Shown here piece after piece: positions 19,388 through 29,697 of a DNA stretch of 64,000 nt; position 1 is the first letter of the stretch; the number at the start of each line of letters is the position of its first letter. This DNA comes from Candidatus Taenariivivens baikalensis (GTDB lineage: Bacteria > Omnitrophota > Omnitrophia > Omnitrophales > Aquincolibacteriaceae): the NCBI GenBank assembly GCA_009691445.1, contig SICL01000002.1, positions 64,063-128,062 on the forward strand, in the 5' to 3' direction. A program made the translations under genes and the position numbers. Under the pieces are notes generated by a model. That model had not been told where the DNA came from, did no database searches, and saw nothing but the letters and a program-made list of their open reading frames with translations.

Positions 19388-21703
19388 TTATTGATAGCGA
19401 TTTTGGTGCAGAGCGGTTGCTGAAGAATCTAGAGGGGTTCCCGATCCCGCGACGGTATCTCCCATGCGAGGAGCACCAAAGGAGGCCCTGCTTCCGCCCG
19501 CGTGAAGACCAACTTCTGGAAAGGCCTTAAGATAAAATTCAACGAATAATGTTTTATTGGAACTTCGAATATCAGAATTACGAACATCATAACCCAAGGT
19601 TAGAATAAAATCATGAAGGTCACGTCGGGCGGAAAGCTGCCATTCTGACAGATCGCTAGTGAAGGTATCCCAACGAATATATCCGCTCATATCCCAGAGA
19701 GGATTGAGTCGATAATTGGTATCAAAAACAAACTGATTACTGTTATGAAATTCTGGGATATCGGCGGCGTACCGCTGACCGATCGTTGAAGTGAATTTCC
19801 CAGTCTTGATCACAATATCCTGATTAAACATATGGAATTGATTGTCCCGGGTGTCATAATCAAAACGCATCAGATAGTGCAGCCACTCATAGGGGCGAAA
19901 CACGATCTCCTGGCCTATGGTACTGAAATCACTTTTCGTGAACTGATTATCGCGAGGAGCAAAAAGCTCAGATCCAGTCCGACCGTCCGGATAAAGTTCA
20001 TAGCTTAAAAAGGTGTTTAAGCTAACTAAATCAACCCGCTGCATTTGACCGTGAACCGTTCGTTTGGTCTGAATCCTGTTTTCCACACCAAGGGTTACCT
20101 TTTGTGCGTCATCCAGCCGCTCAACCGAGTCATCGAAAATTTCTAATTTTTCGTCACTCAGGGAAGACATAGAAGCTGAGTACTGGAGGTTCGGTTCAAT
20201 AATATGACGGAGTTGATTAATTTCAAATCCTGCCTTGTCAAAATGGACATCATACAACCGATAGAAGCGTGTTCTTAAATCGCCTCCCATTTCCGTAAAA
20301 GCGCGAAAGCGATCCTCCTCGGAATCTCTGAGGCGGCTGTAATAAGTTCCGCGGCCAAGAATATGGGGTGTGAAATGGATATGCTGCCAATGAAGAGGCG
20401 AAGACCACTCATGAAATGTATCAGCCCGATGAGCTTTACCGCGAATCTTAATGCGCCCATAGTCCTTTACCAGATTATTATAGCTGAGTTGGCTTTGGTA
20501 AAAAATATGCGGATTTAAAAAAGGCTGAGTTCTCCAATCCGCCTGAACCTGAGGCAAGCGTTCCACACTACTTTCGAATTTATTCATTCGCTTTTCGCCG
20601 TAAGCCAAGAGGCCATACCGCTCCGAATTCTTAACCAAAGAAATAAAAGAGTTTGGCTGGATATCCCCCTGGAATTCCCTTTCGAAAAAGTCTTGGAGAA
20701 AATATTCGTCCGCGAAACGATTATAACGAAGAAGGCCATAGCTATAAGGATCAAAATCTTTGCGGTGCTTCCAAGTGATACGTCCGCGTAGACGATCTTC
20801 GCTTTTGTGAAAAGGTTCTCCGCTACCGGGTGTGGGGGCTTCATGATCGTTGGCTAAATAGATGTTTGCGTTTCCATAACCCAAAGTTTTTTCAAAACCA
20901 TAGGAGATATCGGTTCCGGCACCAAAACCTCTCTTGGAGCGCCAGTCGGCCCGAAATTTACCCCAAATATTTTTGGTAATGCTAAATCCCTTCAAGGCGC
21001 TGATAAAAAAACCCTGGCGCGAGTTATAGCCGGTGACCACGGCTAAGGGAATATTATTGTCCTGAAGGGGCATGACGAGAACGGGAACCCAAAAAATTGG
21101 CTTCCCGAGGGCATAAAAGGTCACATTCCAAGCCACCATTTTGTCACCATCATACACGGTGACTTTGCGCGCCCTAATCTCATAATGAGGATTTTTAAGG
21201 TCACACGTGGTGACGTGAGCTTTACGGACAATTTTGACTCCCTCGCGAATTTGCTGAATATCCTCTCCGCTTGAAAACCAAGGGGCGTTGTAAGTGCGAC
21301 CATCCGGAAAACTCCCGGATTGATTGGCGAAGTTATAATGAATTTCTTCCCCGTGAGCAACGGCCTTTCCATTTCTAAAAATAGTCACGTGACCGCGAGC
21401 AAACGATTTCTTGGTCGCTGTTTCAACTTCTGCATAATCCGCAGTGATTTGCATATTAAGGTGGGTAATCACGACATTTTTTTTCGCGATAAGCACATGC
21501 GTATTTTTATCATACTCGACCGTATCTGCTTGCGTTTCCACCTTGGAATCAGCATGGGAGAAAATATCCTGAATCGGGAGGTCGAGTTTGGTCTTCTTGG
21601 GTGAAGCTGAATCTAACGAAGAGCTTTCTGCCGCCAGAAGCGGGAAACTTCCGCTGAGGAAGATTGAGCACAAAAGGCAAATATAAAGACGATATTTAAT
21701 CAT
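19388..21703 (-). CDS. lptD: LPS-assembly protein LptD-like outer-membrane protein
   Basis: Signal peptide, OstA-like N-domain, TTCD...PHY, RHIIEP, ENRIQTK, beta-rich C-terminus. Confidence 0.8.
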   Translation of the reverse strand: MIKYRLYICLLCSIFLSGSFPLLAAESSSLDSASPKKTKLDLPIQDIFSHADSKVETQADTVEYDKNTHVLIAKKNVVITHLNMQITADYAEVETATKKSFARGHVTIFRNGKAVAHGEEIHYNFANQSGSFPDGRTYNAPWFSSGEDIQQIREGVKIVRKAHVTTCDLKNPHYEIRARKVTVYDGDKMVAWNVTFYALGKPIFWVPVLVMPLQDNNIPLAVVTGYNSRQGFFISALKGFSITKNIWGKFRADWRSKRGFGAGTDISYGFEKTLGYGNANIYLANDHEAPTPGSGEPFHKSEDRLRGRITWKHRKDFDPYSYGLLRYNRFADEYFLQDFFEREFQGDIQPNSFISLVKNSERYGLLAYGEKRMNKFESSVERLPQVQADWRTQPFLNPHIFYQSQLSYNNLVKDYGRIKIRGKAHRADTFHEWSSPLHWQHIHFTPHILGRGTYYSRLRDSEEDRFRAFTEMGGDLRTRFYRLYDVHFDKAGFEINQLRHIIEPNLQYSASMSSLSDEKLEIFDDSVERLDDAQKVTLGVENRIQTKRTVHGQMQRVDLVSLNTFLSYELYPDGRTGSELFAPRDNQFTKSDFSTIGQEIVFRPYEWLHYLMRFDYDTRDNQFHMFNQDIVIKTGKFTSTIGQRYAADIPEFHNSNQFVFDTNYRLNPLWDMSGYIRWDTFTSDLSEWQLSARRDLHDFILTLGYDVRNSDIRSSNKTLFVEFYLKAFPEVGLHAGGSRASFGAPRMGDTVAGSGTPLDSSATALHQNRYQ

Positions 21704-23070
21704 GAATGGGAATAAAGAACGACCCGGTTCCGGCCTTCTTCTTTGGCGCGGTAAAGGGCGTTATCAGCGTTTTGTATCAGTTCAAATGCCAGTTGCGGGT
21801 AATCGATGGTTTCATTTTTTTGATTTCCATCAGGAGCGTACAAGGCCAAACCGATACTCACAGTCACACGCGTTTCAGTATTGTAGATTTTAAACATATT
21901 CCGTGCGATATTTGATCGGATACGTTCACTAATTTCTAAAGCGCCATCTTTACGGGTCTCAGGGATAACAACGGCAAACTCTTCGCCGCCATACCGGCTG
22001 ATGATGTCAACCTTTCGCAGGCTTTGACAGATCATTGAAGAAACCTGTTGCAAGGTTGCATCCCCTGCAATGTGACCATAGTCGTCATTATATCTTTTGA
22101 AAAGATCGATGTCTAACATTAAAACAACCAAGGGGATGGAATATTTTACGGCTCGTTTCAATTCCTCTTCAAACCGTTCCAGAAAATGACGGCGGACAAA
22201 AACATGGGTCAAACTATCGCGAATGGAGAGTTCCTTGACTGAATTATAAAGACGTATCTTTGCAACTTGCAAATTGAGAAACGCGCTCAAGACTTCAAAT
22301 TTGGTCAAATCATCCGGATGCCCCCCCTCGATCATTAAGAGAGAAGAAAAATGTTCTTCGGCGAGCAACGGAAAAACCCACTGCAAATCGGCTTGAATCA
22401 TGGATTTATTCTCCTTTAATTTCTCAAGCCACGCTTTTTCTTTATCCGACACAGGATCTTCGCTGAGCGTAACCCCTTCAGGGGTGATCAGAAAACGGAG
22501 GGCTTTCTCCGACGTGGACAACTCATCTTGAACAATCAAAAGCTCGAGTTGCTGGAAGGGGAAAAGTGGTTTTACTCTTTTAAAGAGAATCTCGGCGATT
22601 CCCTCAAAGCTGAGGTATTCGCTAAATTCCTTGGCAACTTCGAAAAGATCCAAAAGACCCGTAACTTGTTTTTCTAAATGATGAAGACTTGCGAGGCGGG
22701 AGTCATATTTTTGACTCATGGATCCCAGCTCTTTTTGCATGGATTCTTTTTGCTCAGTTTCCCGGATCAGTAAATAGTTCCAGTCGCGTTCATAAAAGAA
22801 GAAACCGACCCCCAACAAAATCTGCATAAAAACAAGGGCCAAAATCTCATAGGAAAAATGGGCGAAAAGAAAGTAACCACCCAGTAGCCCGGTAAGAACG
22901 GGATAAGTTCTTCGAAGCCAGCCCGGGGTATCCTGAGAGAAATAAAAATAGGGGAGAAGGAGTGCCGGATAAAAAATGAAAAGCAGCAGAGAAATCTTGG
23001 CATTAAAAAAAACAACTGCGGCAAGGGCTCCAAAGATTGCGAGAACCAAAACAGGATAACGCTTTAGCAT
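21700..23070 (-). CDS. Membrane-anchored diguanylate cyclase (TM, coiled coil, GAF-like, GGDEF)
   Basis: DSLT, DIDLFK.YND.YGH, RKVD I-site, RYGGEEF. Confidence 0.92.
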   Translation of the reverse strand: MLKRYPVLVLAIFGALAAVVFFNAKISLLLFIFYPALLLPYFYFSQDTPGWLRRTYPVLTGLLGGYFLFAHFSYEILALVFMQILLGVGFFFYERDWNYLLIRETEQKESMQKELGSMSQKYDSRLASLHHLEKQVTGLLDLFEVAKEFSEYLSFEGIAEILFKRVKPLFPFQQLELLIVQDELSTSEKALRFLITPEGVTLSEDPVSDKEKAWLEKLKENKSMIQADLQWVFPLLAEEHFSSLLMIEGGHPDDLTKFEVLSAFLNLQVAKIRLYNSVKELSIRDSLTHVFVRRHFLERFEEELKRAVKYSIPLVVLMLDIDLFKRYNDDYGHIAGDATLQQVSSMICQSLRKVDIISRYGGEEFAVVIPETRKDGALEISERIRSNIARNMFKIYNTETRVTVSIGLALYAPDGNQKNETIDYPQLAFELIQNADNALYRAKEEGRNRVVLYSHS

Positions 23071-24548
23071 ACCTGGTTCCTTCCCTTCCTTTTAGCCTCA
23101 TACAGAGCTTTATCGGATTTCTCCAGAAGAGTTTCAATCGATAACGTATCCTCCGGAATGCTGGCTACTCCGATAGAAACCGTCATTCGGATTTCTTCGC
23201 GGCGGATCACGAGGGGTGCCAGCTCCACTTTCTGACGGAATTCTTCAGCCAGTTTGACGGCATCCTTCTTATTGGTTTCAGGGAGAAGAACAACGAATTC
23301 TTCGCCTCCATATCGGCCGACAATGGCGCCTTCCGAAATTTGAGTTAAAAGTTTCGCGAATTGAACGAGCATCATGTCACCGACAGCGTGTCCGTGCCGG
23401 TCATTGCATTGCTTAAAATAATCCAGATCACACATCAGGAGTGACATGGGGCGCTGAGTTATCAGGTAACGCCGATGATCTTCTTTCAGACGCTCAAAAA
23501 AATAACGGCGCACATAAAGCCCGGTCAGTGAATCTTTGATGGCCAACTCCTGTGTCTGAGCGTACAAAATGGCATTGGAAAGCGCTGAGGCGGCCAAAAT
23601 GGCGATCGTGTCAAGAAGACGCAGATCATCATGCGTGAAAGTGTTGGGTTTGGAAGAATGAATACGCAGGGTACCGATAACACGCCCCGCCTGAACTAAG
23701 GGTGCAATGATAAGGCTTCGAATATGGGGCAACTTTTGAGTATCATGGGTATTGAAGCGGAAGTCCTGCTGGCAGTCAATGACGATCAACTGCCGGCGGT
23801 TTTTGACCACCCAGTAATCGAAAAGATCCGGCTCATAATGCTGCGGCTTCACCTTCGGTTTATTTTTTTTGCCCGAATCAATTTCACGGTAGGCAATCAC
23901 GGGCAACTTACTTGTATCGTGCTCAAAGACTGAAATAAGCGCCACGTCGCCACGAAGAACGAAATCCATACAGCGGTTGACTACGATCTCCGCAATTCCA
24001 AGAATGGCAAAGGTCGTAGCCAACTCCTCAGCCAGTTTGCGCATGTTGTAATAAGTGGAGTACTTTTCAAACAGGATACTAATGGCCTCGCCTTTTGATT
24101 TATAGGAAACCATCTGGTCGTTTTTTTCAATCTGAAATTTTTCCCGGTCAGTTGAAATGAGGGACATCTTGACGGAGTAAGACTGATCAAGCTTATGAAG
24201 AATTAAAAGGAGCAGTAAATATTCGGGGATGAACCACAGATAGAGCTGGGTCGAACTGACGCTGACAATAAAGATCACTAGGGTGAGAGAAAAAAGCCCA
24301 AAGCAAAGTCCGCCAATAATATGAAAAGTGTACCATCCGCCTAAAATGGGTAAAAAAAGCAGAAAAAGACACAGCGCAATTTGGTTCAGATAAATTTCAG
24401 GATTGACCGTATTTTTTAAATATCCAAGGCAGAGGATACTGTAGAAGGCAATGGCCGCGCAAAAAGCGAGCGAAAGACCAAAACTGAATTGTGTCGAAGG
24501 TTTTGACCCCATGGGATCAAAAAATAGCTTCCTCAGTCTCGGGATCAA
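23064..24548 (-). CDS. Membrane-anchored GAF-GGDEF diguanylate cyclase
   Basis: TM helices, GAF (RSLIIAPL..IGTL), DSLTGL, RYGGEEF; true start may be the second Met (24512). Confidence 0.92.
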   Translation of the reverse strand: MIPRLRKLFFDPMGSKPSTQFSFGLSLAFCAAIAFYSILCLGYLKNTVNPEIYLNQIALCLFLLFLPILGGWYTFHIIGGLCFGLFSLTLVIFIVSVSSTQLYLWFIPEYLLLLLILHKLDQSYSVKMSLISTDREKFQIEKNDQMVSYKSKGEAISILFEKYSTYYNMRKLAEELATTFAILGIAEIVVNRCMDFVLRGDVALISVFEHDTSKLPVIAYREIDSGKKNKPKVKPQHYEPDLFDYWVVKNRRQLIVIDCQQDFRFNTHDTQKLPHIRSLIIAPLVQAGRVIGTLRIHSSKPNTFTHDDLRLLDTIAILAASALSNAILYAQTQELAIKDSLTGLYVRRYFFERLKEDHRRYLITQRPMSLLMCDLDYFKQCNDRHGHAVGDMMLVQFAKLLTQISEGAIVGRYGGEEFVVLLPETNKKDAVKLAEEFRQKVELAPLVIRREEIRMTVSIGVASIPEDTLSIETLLEKSDKALYEAKRKGRNQVC

Positions 24549-25620
24549 AGAAATGGGCCTTACTCATATCAAAGACGACTTGAAGATCTTGATTAATGTG
24601 CGCTGTATCCTGATTGGAGACACGAGCCACAAAACTATTGCTTCCTGAGCACAGGTAAAGATAAATTTCCGCGCCCATAGGCTCAACCACATCCACGGTG
24701 GCAGTGAGTGTAAATTCAGGCCGCGCATCCTGGGCAAAAATCTTATCATAAATATCTTCCGGGCGAATTCCGAACACCACATTCTTGTCCTTATACTTGG
24801 CAATCTTGGCATTGTGCTGGGGAAGAATCCGTAATTTATTAGCGCGGTCCTGAAAATAGTAATCCCCATTCTCTGCGGTCACGACGCCCTTCAAAAGATT
24901 CATGGCCGGAGATCCAATGAAACTCGCAACAAACATATTTCGGGGATTTTCGTAAAGATTGATAGGATCTGAAACCTGCTGGATCTCAGCCTTTTCCATC
25001 ACGACAATGCGGTCCCCAAGCGTCAAGGCTTCTACCTGGTCGTGAGTGACGTAAATCATAGTGCACTGAAGGCGGTTATGAAGTTTTTGAAGCTCCATCC
25101 TCATTTGAACGCGAAGCTTCGCATCCAGATTGCTCAACGGTTCATCAAAGAGAAAAACTTTAGGTTTGCGCACAATCGCCCGACCTAGAGCGACGCGCTG
25201 ACGCTCGCCTCCGGAAAGTTCTTTGGGTTTCCGTGTCAGCATTTTATGAAGTCCAAGAATCTCAGCCGCATCCAAAACACGGCGCTCGATTTCTTTAGCT
25301 GGATATTTGCGCAGTTTGAGACCAAACGCCATATTTTCATAAATGCTCATATGCGGATAAAGGGCATAATTTTGAAAGACCATAGCGATATCGCGGTTTT
25401 TTGCGGGGACATCATTGACGATTTGATTATCAATACTGATTTCCCCTTCCGTGATTTCTTCAAGGCCGGCCACCATTCGCAATGTTGTCGATTTCCCACA
25501 ACCAGAAGGCCCGACAAGAACGAGAAACTCTTTGTCGGCAACCTCAAGGTTCACATTCTTGACGGCATAGGTGTTGTTGGAATAAATCTTGGTGATATTT
25601 TTAAGCGTGACCGTTGCCAA
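24517..25620 (-). CDS. MalK/UgpC-type sugar ABC transporter ATPase
   Basis: GPSGCGKST, VFQNYALYPH, LSGG, DEPLSNLD, C-terminal TOBE region. Confidence 0.93.
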   Translation of the reverse strand: MATVTLKNITKIYSNNTYAVKNVNLEVADKEFLVLVGPSGCGKSTTLRMVAGLEEITEGEISIDNQIVNDVPAKNRDIAMVFQNYALYPHMSIYENMAFGLKLRKYPAKEIERRVLDAAEILGLHKMLTRKPKELSGGERQRVALGRAIVRKPKVFLFDEPLSNLDAKLRVQMRMELQKLHNRLQCTMIYVTHDQVEALTLGDRIVVMEKAEIQQVSDPINLYENPRNMFVASFIGSPAMNLLKGVVTAENGDYYFQDRANKLRILPQHNAKIAKYKDKNVVFGIRPEDIYDKIFAQDARPEFTLTATVDVVEPMGAEIYLYLCSGSNSFVARVSNQDTAHINQDLQVVFDMSKAHFFDPETEEAIF

Positions 25621-26505
25621 TCAAACCCTCTCTTTTTTTGAAGCAAATTGAAGAAGCAAGTGGAGTTTTTCTTTGAGAAGACTGCGTTCCACAACCATAT
25701 CGACAAATCCGTGATCCAGCATAAACTCCGAGGTCTGAAAATCAGGCGGTAATTTTTGCCGGATAGTCTGCTCAATGACTCGGGGTCCGGCAAATCCAAG
25801 CAGCGCGCGAGGCTCCGCAATCATAATGTCTCCCAGGGAAGCAAAGCTGGCCATGACGCCTCCCATTGTAGGATTAGTCAAAATGGAAATAAAAATGAGA
25901 TTGGCTTTATGAAGGCGGGACAAGGCGGCTGCAGTTTTAGCCATTTGCATCAGGCTGAGGACTCCTTCATACATCCGCGCGCCCCCTCCGGATCCAGAAA
26001 CAATGATCAAAGGGATTTTTTTTTCAATCGCATACTCGGTAAGGCGGGTAATTTTTTCTCCCACCACCGAACCCATCGATCCCATAATGAAACGCGAATC
26101 GGTAACACCAAATGCCACGCGGTAATTTTCGATTTTTCCTTCACCGGTAATGCAGGCCTCTTTGAGACCAGTCTTCTTTTGATCCTGTTTGAGCTTATCC
26201 AGATAAGACTTCGTGCCTTCAAATTTAAGAGGATCCAGACTTTTAAGGTCGCTATCGATCTCTTTAAAGGTTTTGGGATCCAAAACCTGGTGGATGCGCT
26301 CCGTAGCACTGACAATAAAGTGATATTTGCATTTAAGACAGACCGATAAGTTCTCTCTAAGAATTTTATTGAACATGACGTGGTCGCAACTGGGGCATTT
26401 GGTCCAAAGCCCAGCGGGAACACTTTTTTTCCTAATCCCGATTTTGAGGGAATCCGCGTTTTTCTTAATCTCGTCAGTGTTCTGATTGTTATCTATGGCA
26501 GTCAT
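25621..26505 (-). CDS. accD: Acetyl-CoA carboxylase carboxyltransferase beta subunit
   Basis: LWTKCPSC zinc finger, GSMGSVVGEK, GGARM.EG, PT.GGV.ASFA, FAGPRVI. Confidence 0.96.
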   Translation of the reverse strand: MTAIDNNQNTDEIKKNADSLKIGIRKKSVPAGLWTKCPSCDHVMFNKILRENLSVCLKCKYHFIVSATERIHQVLDPKTFKEIDSDLKSLDPLKFEGTKSYLDKLKQDQKKTGLKEACITGEGKIENYRVAFGVTDSRFIMGSMGSVVGEKITRLTEYAIEKKIPLIIVSGSGGGARMYEGVLSLMQMAKTAAALSRLHKANLIFISILTNPTMGGVMASFASLGDIMIAEPRALLGFAGPRVIEQTIRQKLPPDFQTSEFMLDHGFVDMVVERSLLKEKLHLLLQFASKKERV

Positions 26506-26553
26506 GATAGAAAAGGTGTAGGAGGTGAGCTATTTTGTTGCATGAGATTGGAA

Positions 26554-26582
26554 ATTCTAAGCGAAGTCCCAGGGCCTGTCAA
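26554..26582 (-). promoter_or_regulatory. sigma70-type promoter upstream of accD
   Basis: TTGACA-17 nt-TAGAAT on minus strand. Confidence 0.7.
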
Positions 26583-26645
26583 TTTATTTCAACCATTTGA
26601 GGATCATGACTTTACATTCATTTTTCCTCATGCTATTTTTGGGCT

Positions 26646-28106
26646 ATGGACGCACGCCTTATTCAACAATTTTCCCAAAAGTTAATTCTTTCACCTCAGA
26701 TCCGTCAGTATTTAAAAGTCCTGCAAATGCCTCTCACTGAACTCCAAAGTGCCATCGATGAGTTTTTGGCGGAAAATCCTGTGGTGGAGCAAAAAACAGA
26801 TGAAGGTGTGCCGGCGGATCATTCTGAAGATTCCGAACCAGACTTGCTGAAAAAGGAGCCGCCTTCGGTATCCACGCGCGAACTGGAATTTGGAAAGGAT
26901 TTTGAAAAAATTTTGCAGCTGGAAGAGCAGGTTGCAGGAGGATATGCGACAGACTCCGAAGATCGTTATATGGACCCTTCCGAAGTCCAAAAAACCAAGG
27001 ATTTTCATGAAATGATTCTTACCAAGCAGGACAGTTTGTCTGATTTTATGCTTTGGCAGGTACGGTTTATGGATCTAAGCGGAAAAGATTTTAAAATTGC
27101 GCAGGAGATCATCGGTAATCTGGATGAGCGCGGCTATGTCGCTGCTACACTGGATGAAATAGCTGCCTCGTGCCAAACGTCGCAGGATCGGGTTAAAAAG
27201 GTACTTGCGAAGCTTCAAGAACTAGATCCTCCTGGGATTTTTGCCCGCGATCTCCAGGAGACTCTTTTGATTCAGCTCCGGAAAAAAAATCCGGCATCTC
27301 CCCCTCGCGCCGTTCAAATCGTTTCCGATCACTTTGCTTTCCTTGCTAAGCATGACTGGCAAAGTATCGCCAAAAAAATCGGTGTTGAGGTCGATGAAGT
27401 CCGTAAGGCAGGCGCTCTCATCGCTTCCCTGGAACCTCATCCCGGCAGGATGTTCTACGGCGAAGTATCTCTGGCCGTAATTCCTGATGTGATCGTACTG
27501 TTTGATGAAGAGGATAATACCAAACTTAAAATGGATCTCCGGGACGAGATCATTCCTCAGATTCGTATCAATCCCTATTATCGCAAACTGCTTCGGGACG
27601 ACAAGACGGATGAGACTGCAAAAAAATATATCCGGGAAAAAATTCAATCCGCCATGGATTTTATGAATGCGATGAAGCTTCGTGGCTCCACCCTGCGCGA
27701 AATCGCTGAGGTGATTGTCAAGTCTCAACGTGACTTTTTCTCCAGGGGATTTACGCATTTGAAACCAATGAGGCTCAAAGATATTTCCAGCGAACTTGGA
27801 ATTCATGAATCCACAGTCAGCCGAGCGATCAGAGGGAAATATATGTCCACACCGCAAGGGACGATTCCCCTGCGCAGTTTTTTCTCTACGAAGATTGAGA
27901 CGGCGGATGGCGAGGGAGAATCACAAAAAAGCATGACGATGAAAATTAAACAGATGATTGCTGAGGAAGATCCAAAGCATCCGCTCAGCGATCAGGCGGT
28001 TGCTAATCGCCTCAAGACGGAAGGAATGAACCTCGCCCGCCGGACCGTCACCAAATATCGAGAACTTGAAAAGATCCTGCCTTCTCATCTTCGACGACGA
28101 CGGTAA
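26646..28106 (+). CDS. rpoN: RNA polymerase sigma-54 factor
   Basis: Q-rich region I, IHESTVSRA HTH, RpoN box ARRTVTKYRE. Confidence 0.96.
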   Translation: MDARLIQQFSQKLILSPQIRQYLKVLQMPLTELQSAIDEFLAENPVVEQKTDEGVPADHSEDSEPDLLKKEPPSVSTRELEFGKDFEKILQLEEQVAGGYATDSEDRYMDPSEVQKTKDFHEMILTKQDSLSDFMLWQVRFMDLSGKDFKIAQEIIGNLDERGYVAATLDEIAASCQTSQDRVKKVLAKLQELDPPGIFARDLQETLLIQLRKKNPASPPRAVQIVSDHFAFLAKHDWQSIAKKIGVEVDEVRKAGALIASLEPHPGRMFYGEVSLAVIPDVIVLFDEEDNTKLKMDLRDEIIPQIRINPYYRKLLRDDKTDETAKKYIREKIQSAMDFMNAMKLRGSTLREIAEVIVKSQRDFFSRGFTHLKPMRLKDISSELGIHESTVSRAIRGKYMSTPQGTIPLRSFFSTKIETADGEGESQKSMTMKIKQMIAEEDPKHPLSDQAVANRLKTEGMNLARRTVTKYRELEKILPSHLRRRR

Positions 28107-28162
28107 AGAAGTCTTTTAAGTTGAAGGTTTTTGAATATAATACCGCTGCGTCTTAACTATTT

Positions 28163-28235
28163 GCTGGTGTAGCTCAGTTGGTAGAGCAGCTGTTTCGTAA
28201 ACAGCAGGTCGTCAGTTCAAATCTGACCACCAGCT
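28163..28235 (+). tRNA. tRNA-Thr(CGT)
   Basis: Cloverleaf GCTGGTG..CACCAGC; anticodon arm GCTGT-TTCGTAA-ACAGC; GTTCAAATC. Confidence 0.95.
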
Positions 28236-28780
28236 TATTTCTTTCCTTCCAATCTTTCCTTAAGCAGATAAAATCCCAAGATCGTTTTCGCATCCACAAT
28301 CTTTTTCCGCCAAATCATCTCCTGGATTTTTTTGAGACTAAAAACACCGCATTCAATTTCCTCATCGAGATCACCTGGGATTTTTTTGGGCAGCAAATTT
28401 TCCGCGAGAAAAACATACATAACTTCACTTGAAATTCCGGGTGAGGGATAAAACTGGAGAAGACGAGTCAGCTTCTTGGGTTGATAACCGGCCTCTTCCA
28501 TTAATTCGCGTCTGGCAGCATCCCGGAGATTTTCGCCGCGTTCAATACCTCCTGCTGGCCATTCCCAAAGCCAGGTGCGAGCGGCAAAACGAAATTGCCG
28601 GACCAAGATGAAATGATCCGGAGCCCATTGGGGAATGATCACGACAGCCCCGGGATGTTCAATAATTTGGCGGGAAAGGCGAAGACCCGAGGGCATCGTA
28701 ACATCGGCATCTATGAGATGAATGGGGCCCTTAGAAAAAATAATTTTTCGCTGAGTGACTTTGAATGTTTTTTGTTTCAT
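28235..28780 (-). CDS. nudF: NUDIX hydrolase, ADP-ribose pyrophosphatase type
   Basis: HPGAV, VRQFR, PAGGIE.GE...AARRELMEEAG Nudix box, DAKT. Confidence 0.85.
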   Translation of the reverse strand: MKQKTFKVTQRKIIFSKGPIHLIDADVTMPSGLRLSRQIIEHPGAVVIIPQWAPDHFILVRQFRFAARTWLWEWPAGGIERGENLRDAARRELMEEAGYQPKKLTRLLQFYPSPGISSEVMYVFLAENLLPKKIPGDLDEEIECGVFSLKKIQEMIWRKKIVDAKTILGFYLLKERLEGKK

Positions 28781-28812
28781 AAGAAAATCCTGAACTCCTT
28801 GATAAGGCCTGT

Positions 28813-28899
28813 GTCATTACGAACGGAGCGAAGCAATCTCTCTGCGCCGGAATTGCCGCGTCGCCCGCCAAAGAACAGCAGCGGGCTCCCCGCAATGAC
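28813..28899. repeat. REP/RPE-like palindrome (GTCATT...GCAATGAC)
   Basis: gtcattacgaacggagcgaagcaatctc...attgccgcgtcg...cgcaatgac; related copies elsewhere in window. Confidence 0.8.
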
Positions 28900-28932
28900 A
28901 CCATTAACCCATGACTATTTTGCTACGAGGTC

Positions 28933-29197
28933 TTAATTCTTATAATCCTGGGTTTTAACTGCAATGAGCTTGCGGCTTGTGCCAACACCCGGATCACGAT
29001 ACCCAGGAAAAGACTTCCTTTGGGAAAATTGGACTAGGCCTGTTTCAAACAATAGACACCGTGAATGTATTTTGAGGCTCAATATCGTGTGTGAGATCAA
29101 TAATCCGGGATTGAGGATGCCCTTCTTTCAGGGTTCCCGCATAATGATCCCTGGTGCCATAATCCGTGAGTAAAATAATGAAGGTCGGCTTTTTCAT
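28933..29197 (-). pseudogene. Truncated SAM hydroxide adenosyltransferase / chlorinase-fluorinase family (DUF62) relic
   Basis: Manual translation LLTDYGTRDHYAG..RIIDLTHDIEPQN / NFPKGSLFLG / DPGVGTSRK in shifting frames with internal stops. Confidence 0.8.
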
Positions 29198-29237
29198 GGT
29201 TTAAGGCTTTGTTTGATTTGCCGTTAATTATATCACG

Positions 29238-29624
29238 ATGAAATTTAAAATTTTGAGCGTTATTCTTATTCTAAGTAGTTTGTTTTTGAACGGCTGTGCC
29301 ACAGGACGAAACCTAGCCTCTTCTCATTATTTATCGGACGAGGAGAATAAATTTTTTAACTTTCCAAATCCTTCTGAAACTTCCGCGGGCTATTGGGCTG
29401 TCAAAGCAGCCCGGAAAACGGCTTATGCCGTTGGCCGGACGATTCTGTTTCCATTTGCGATTCTCAGCAATGGTGTTGTGAATGTCTATTTAATTTCCAC
29501 CTGGCCTTTCCGCTGGATTTTCCAGGGAGACAAGCGCTTGATTGTTTGGTATCCCCTTTTTGGTGTCGGGGAAAATGTCGGATCTTCCTATTACTCGAAA
29601 GAGTGGAACCACGACCTGATTTAA
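29238..29624 (+). CDS. Hypothetical lipoprotein
   Basis: Lipobox LNGC after hydrophobic leader. Confidence 0.7.
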   Translation: MKFKILSVILILSSLFLNGCATGRNLASSHYLSDEENKFFNFPNPSETSAGYWAVKAARKTAYAVGRTILFPFAILSNGVVNVYLISTWPFRWIFQGDKRLIVWYPLFGVGENVGSSYYSKEWNHDLI

Positions 29625-29634
29625 ATCCTAATCA

Positions 29635-29694
29635 GAGATTGCTTCGTCGTCGGACTCCGCTCAATGACGTCATTGAGCGGAGCGAAGCAATCTC
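29635..29694. repeat. Permuted REP-like palindrome between convergent genes
   Basis: gagattgcttcg...ctccgctcaatgacgtcattgagcggagcgaagcaatctc. Confidence 0.85.
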
Positions 29695-29697
29695 AAA

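Noticed and set aside
27222-27857. 211 aa antisense ORF in rpoN, and similar shadow ORFs such as 25756-26349 and 60339-60872
   Set aside because: Antisense to well-conserved genes with no recognisable motifs
28936-29237. Structured ncRNA (e.g. 6S) in this gap
   Set aside because: Explained by the DUF62 pseudogene on the minus strand
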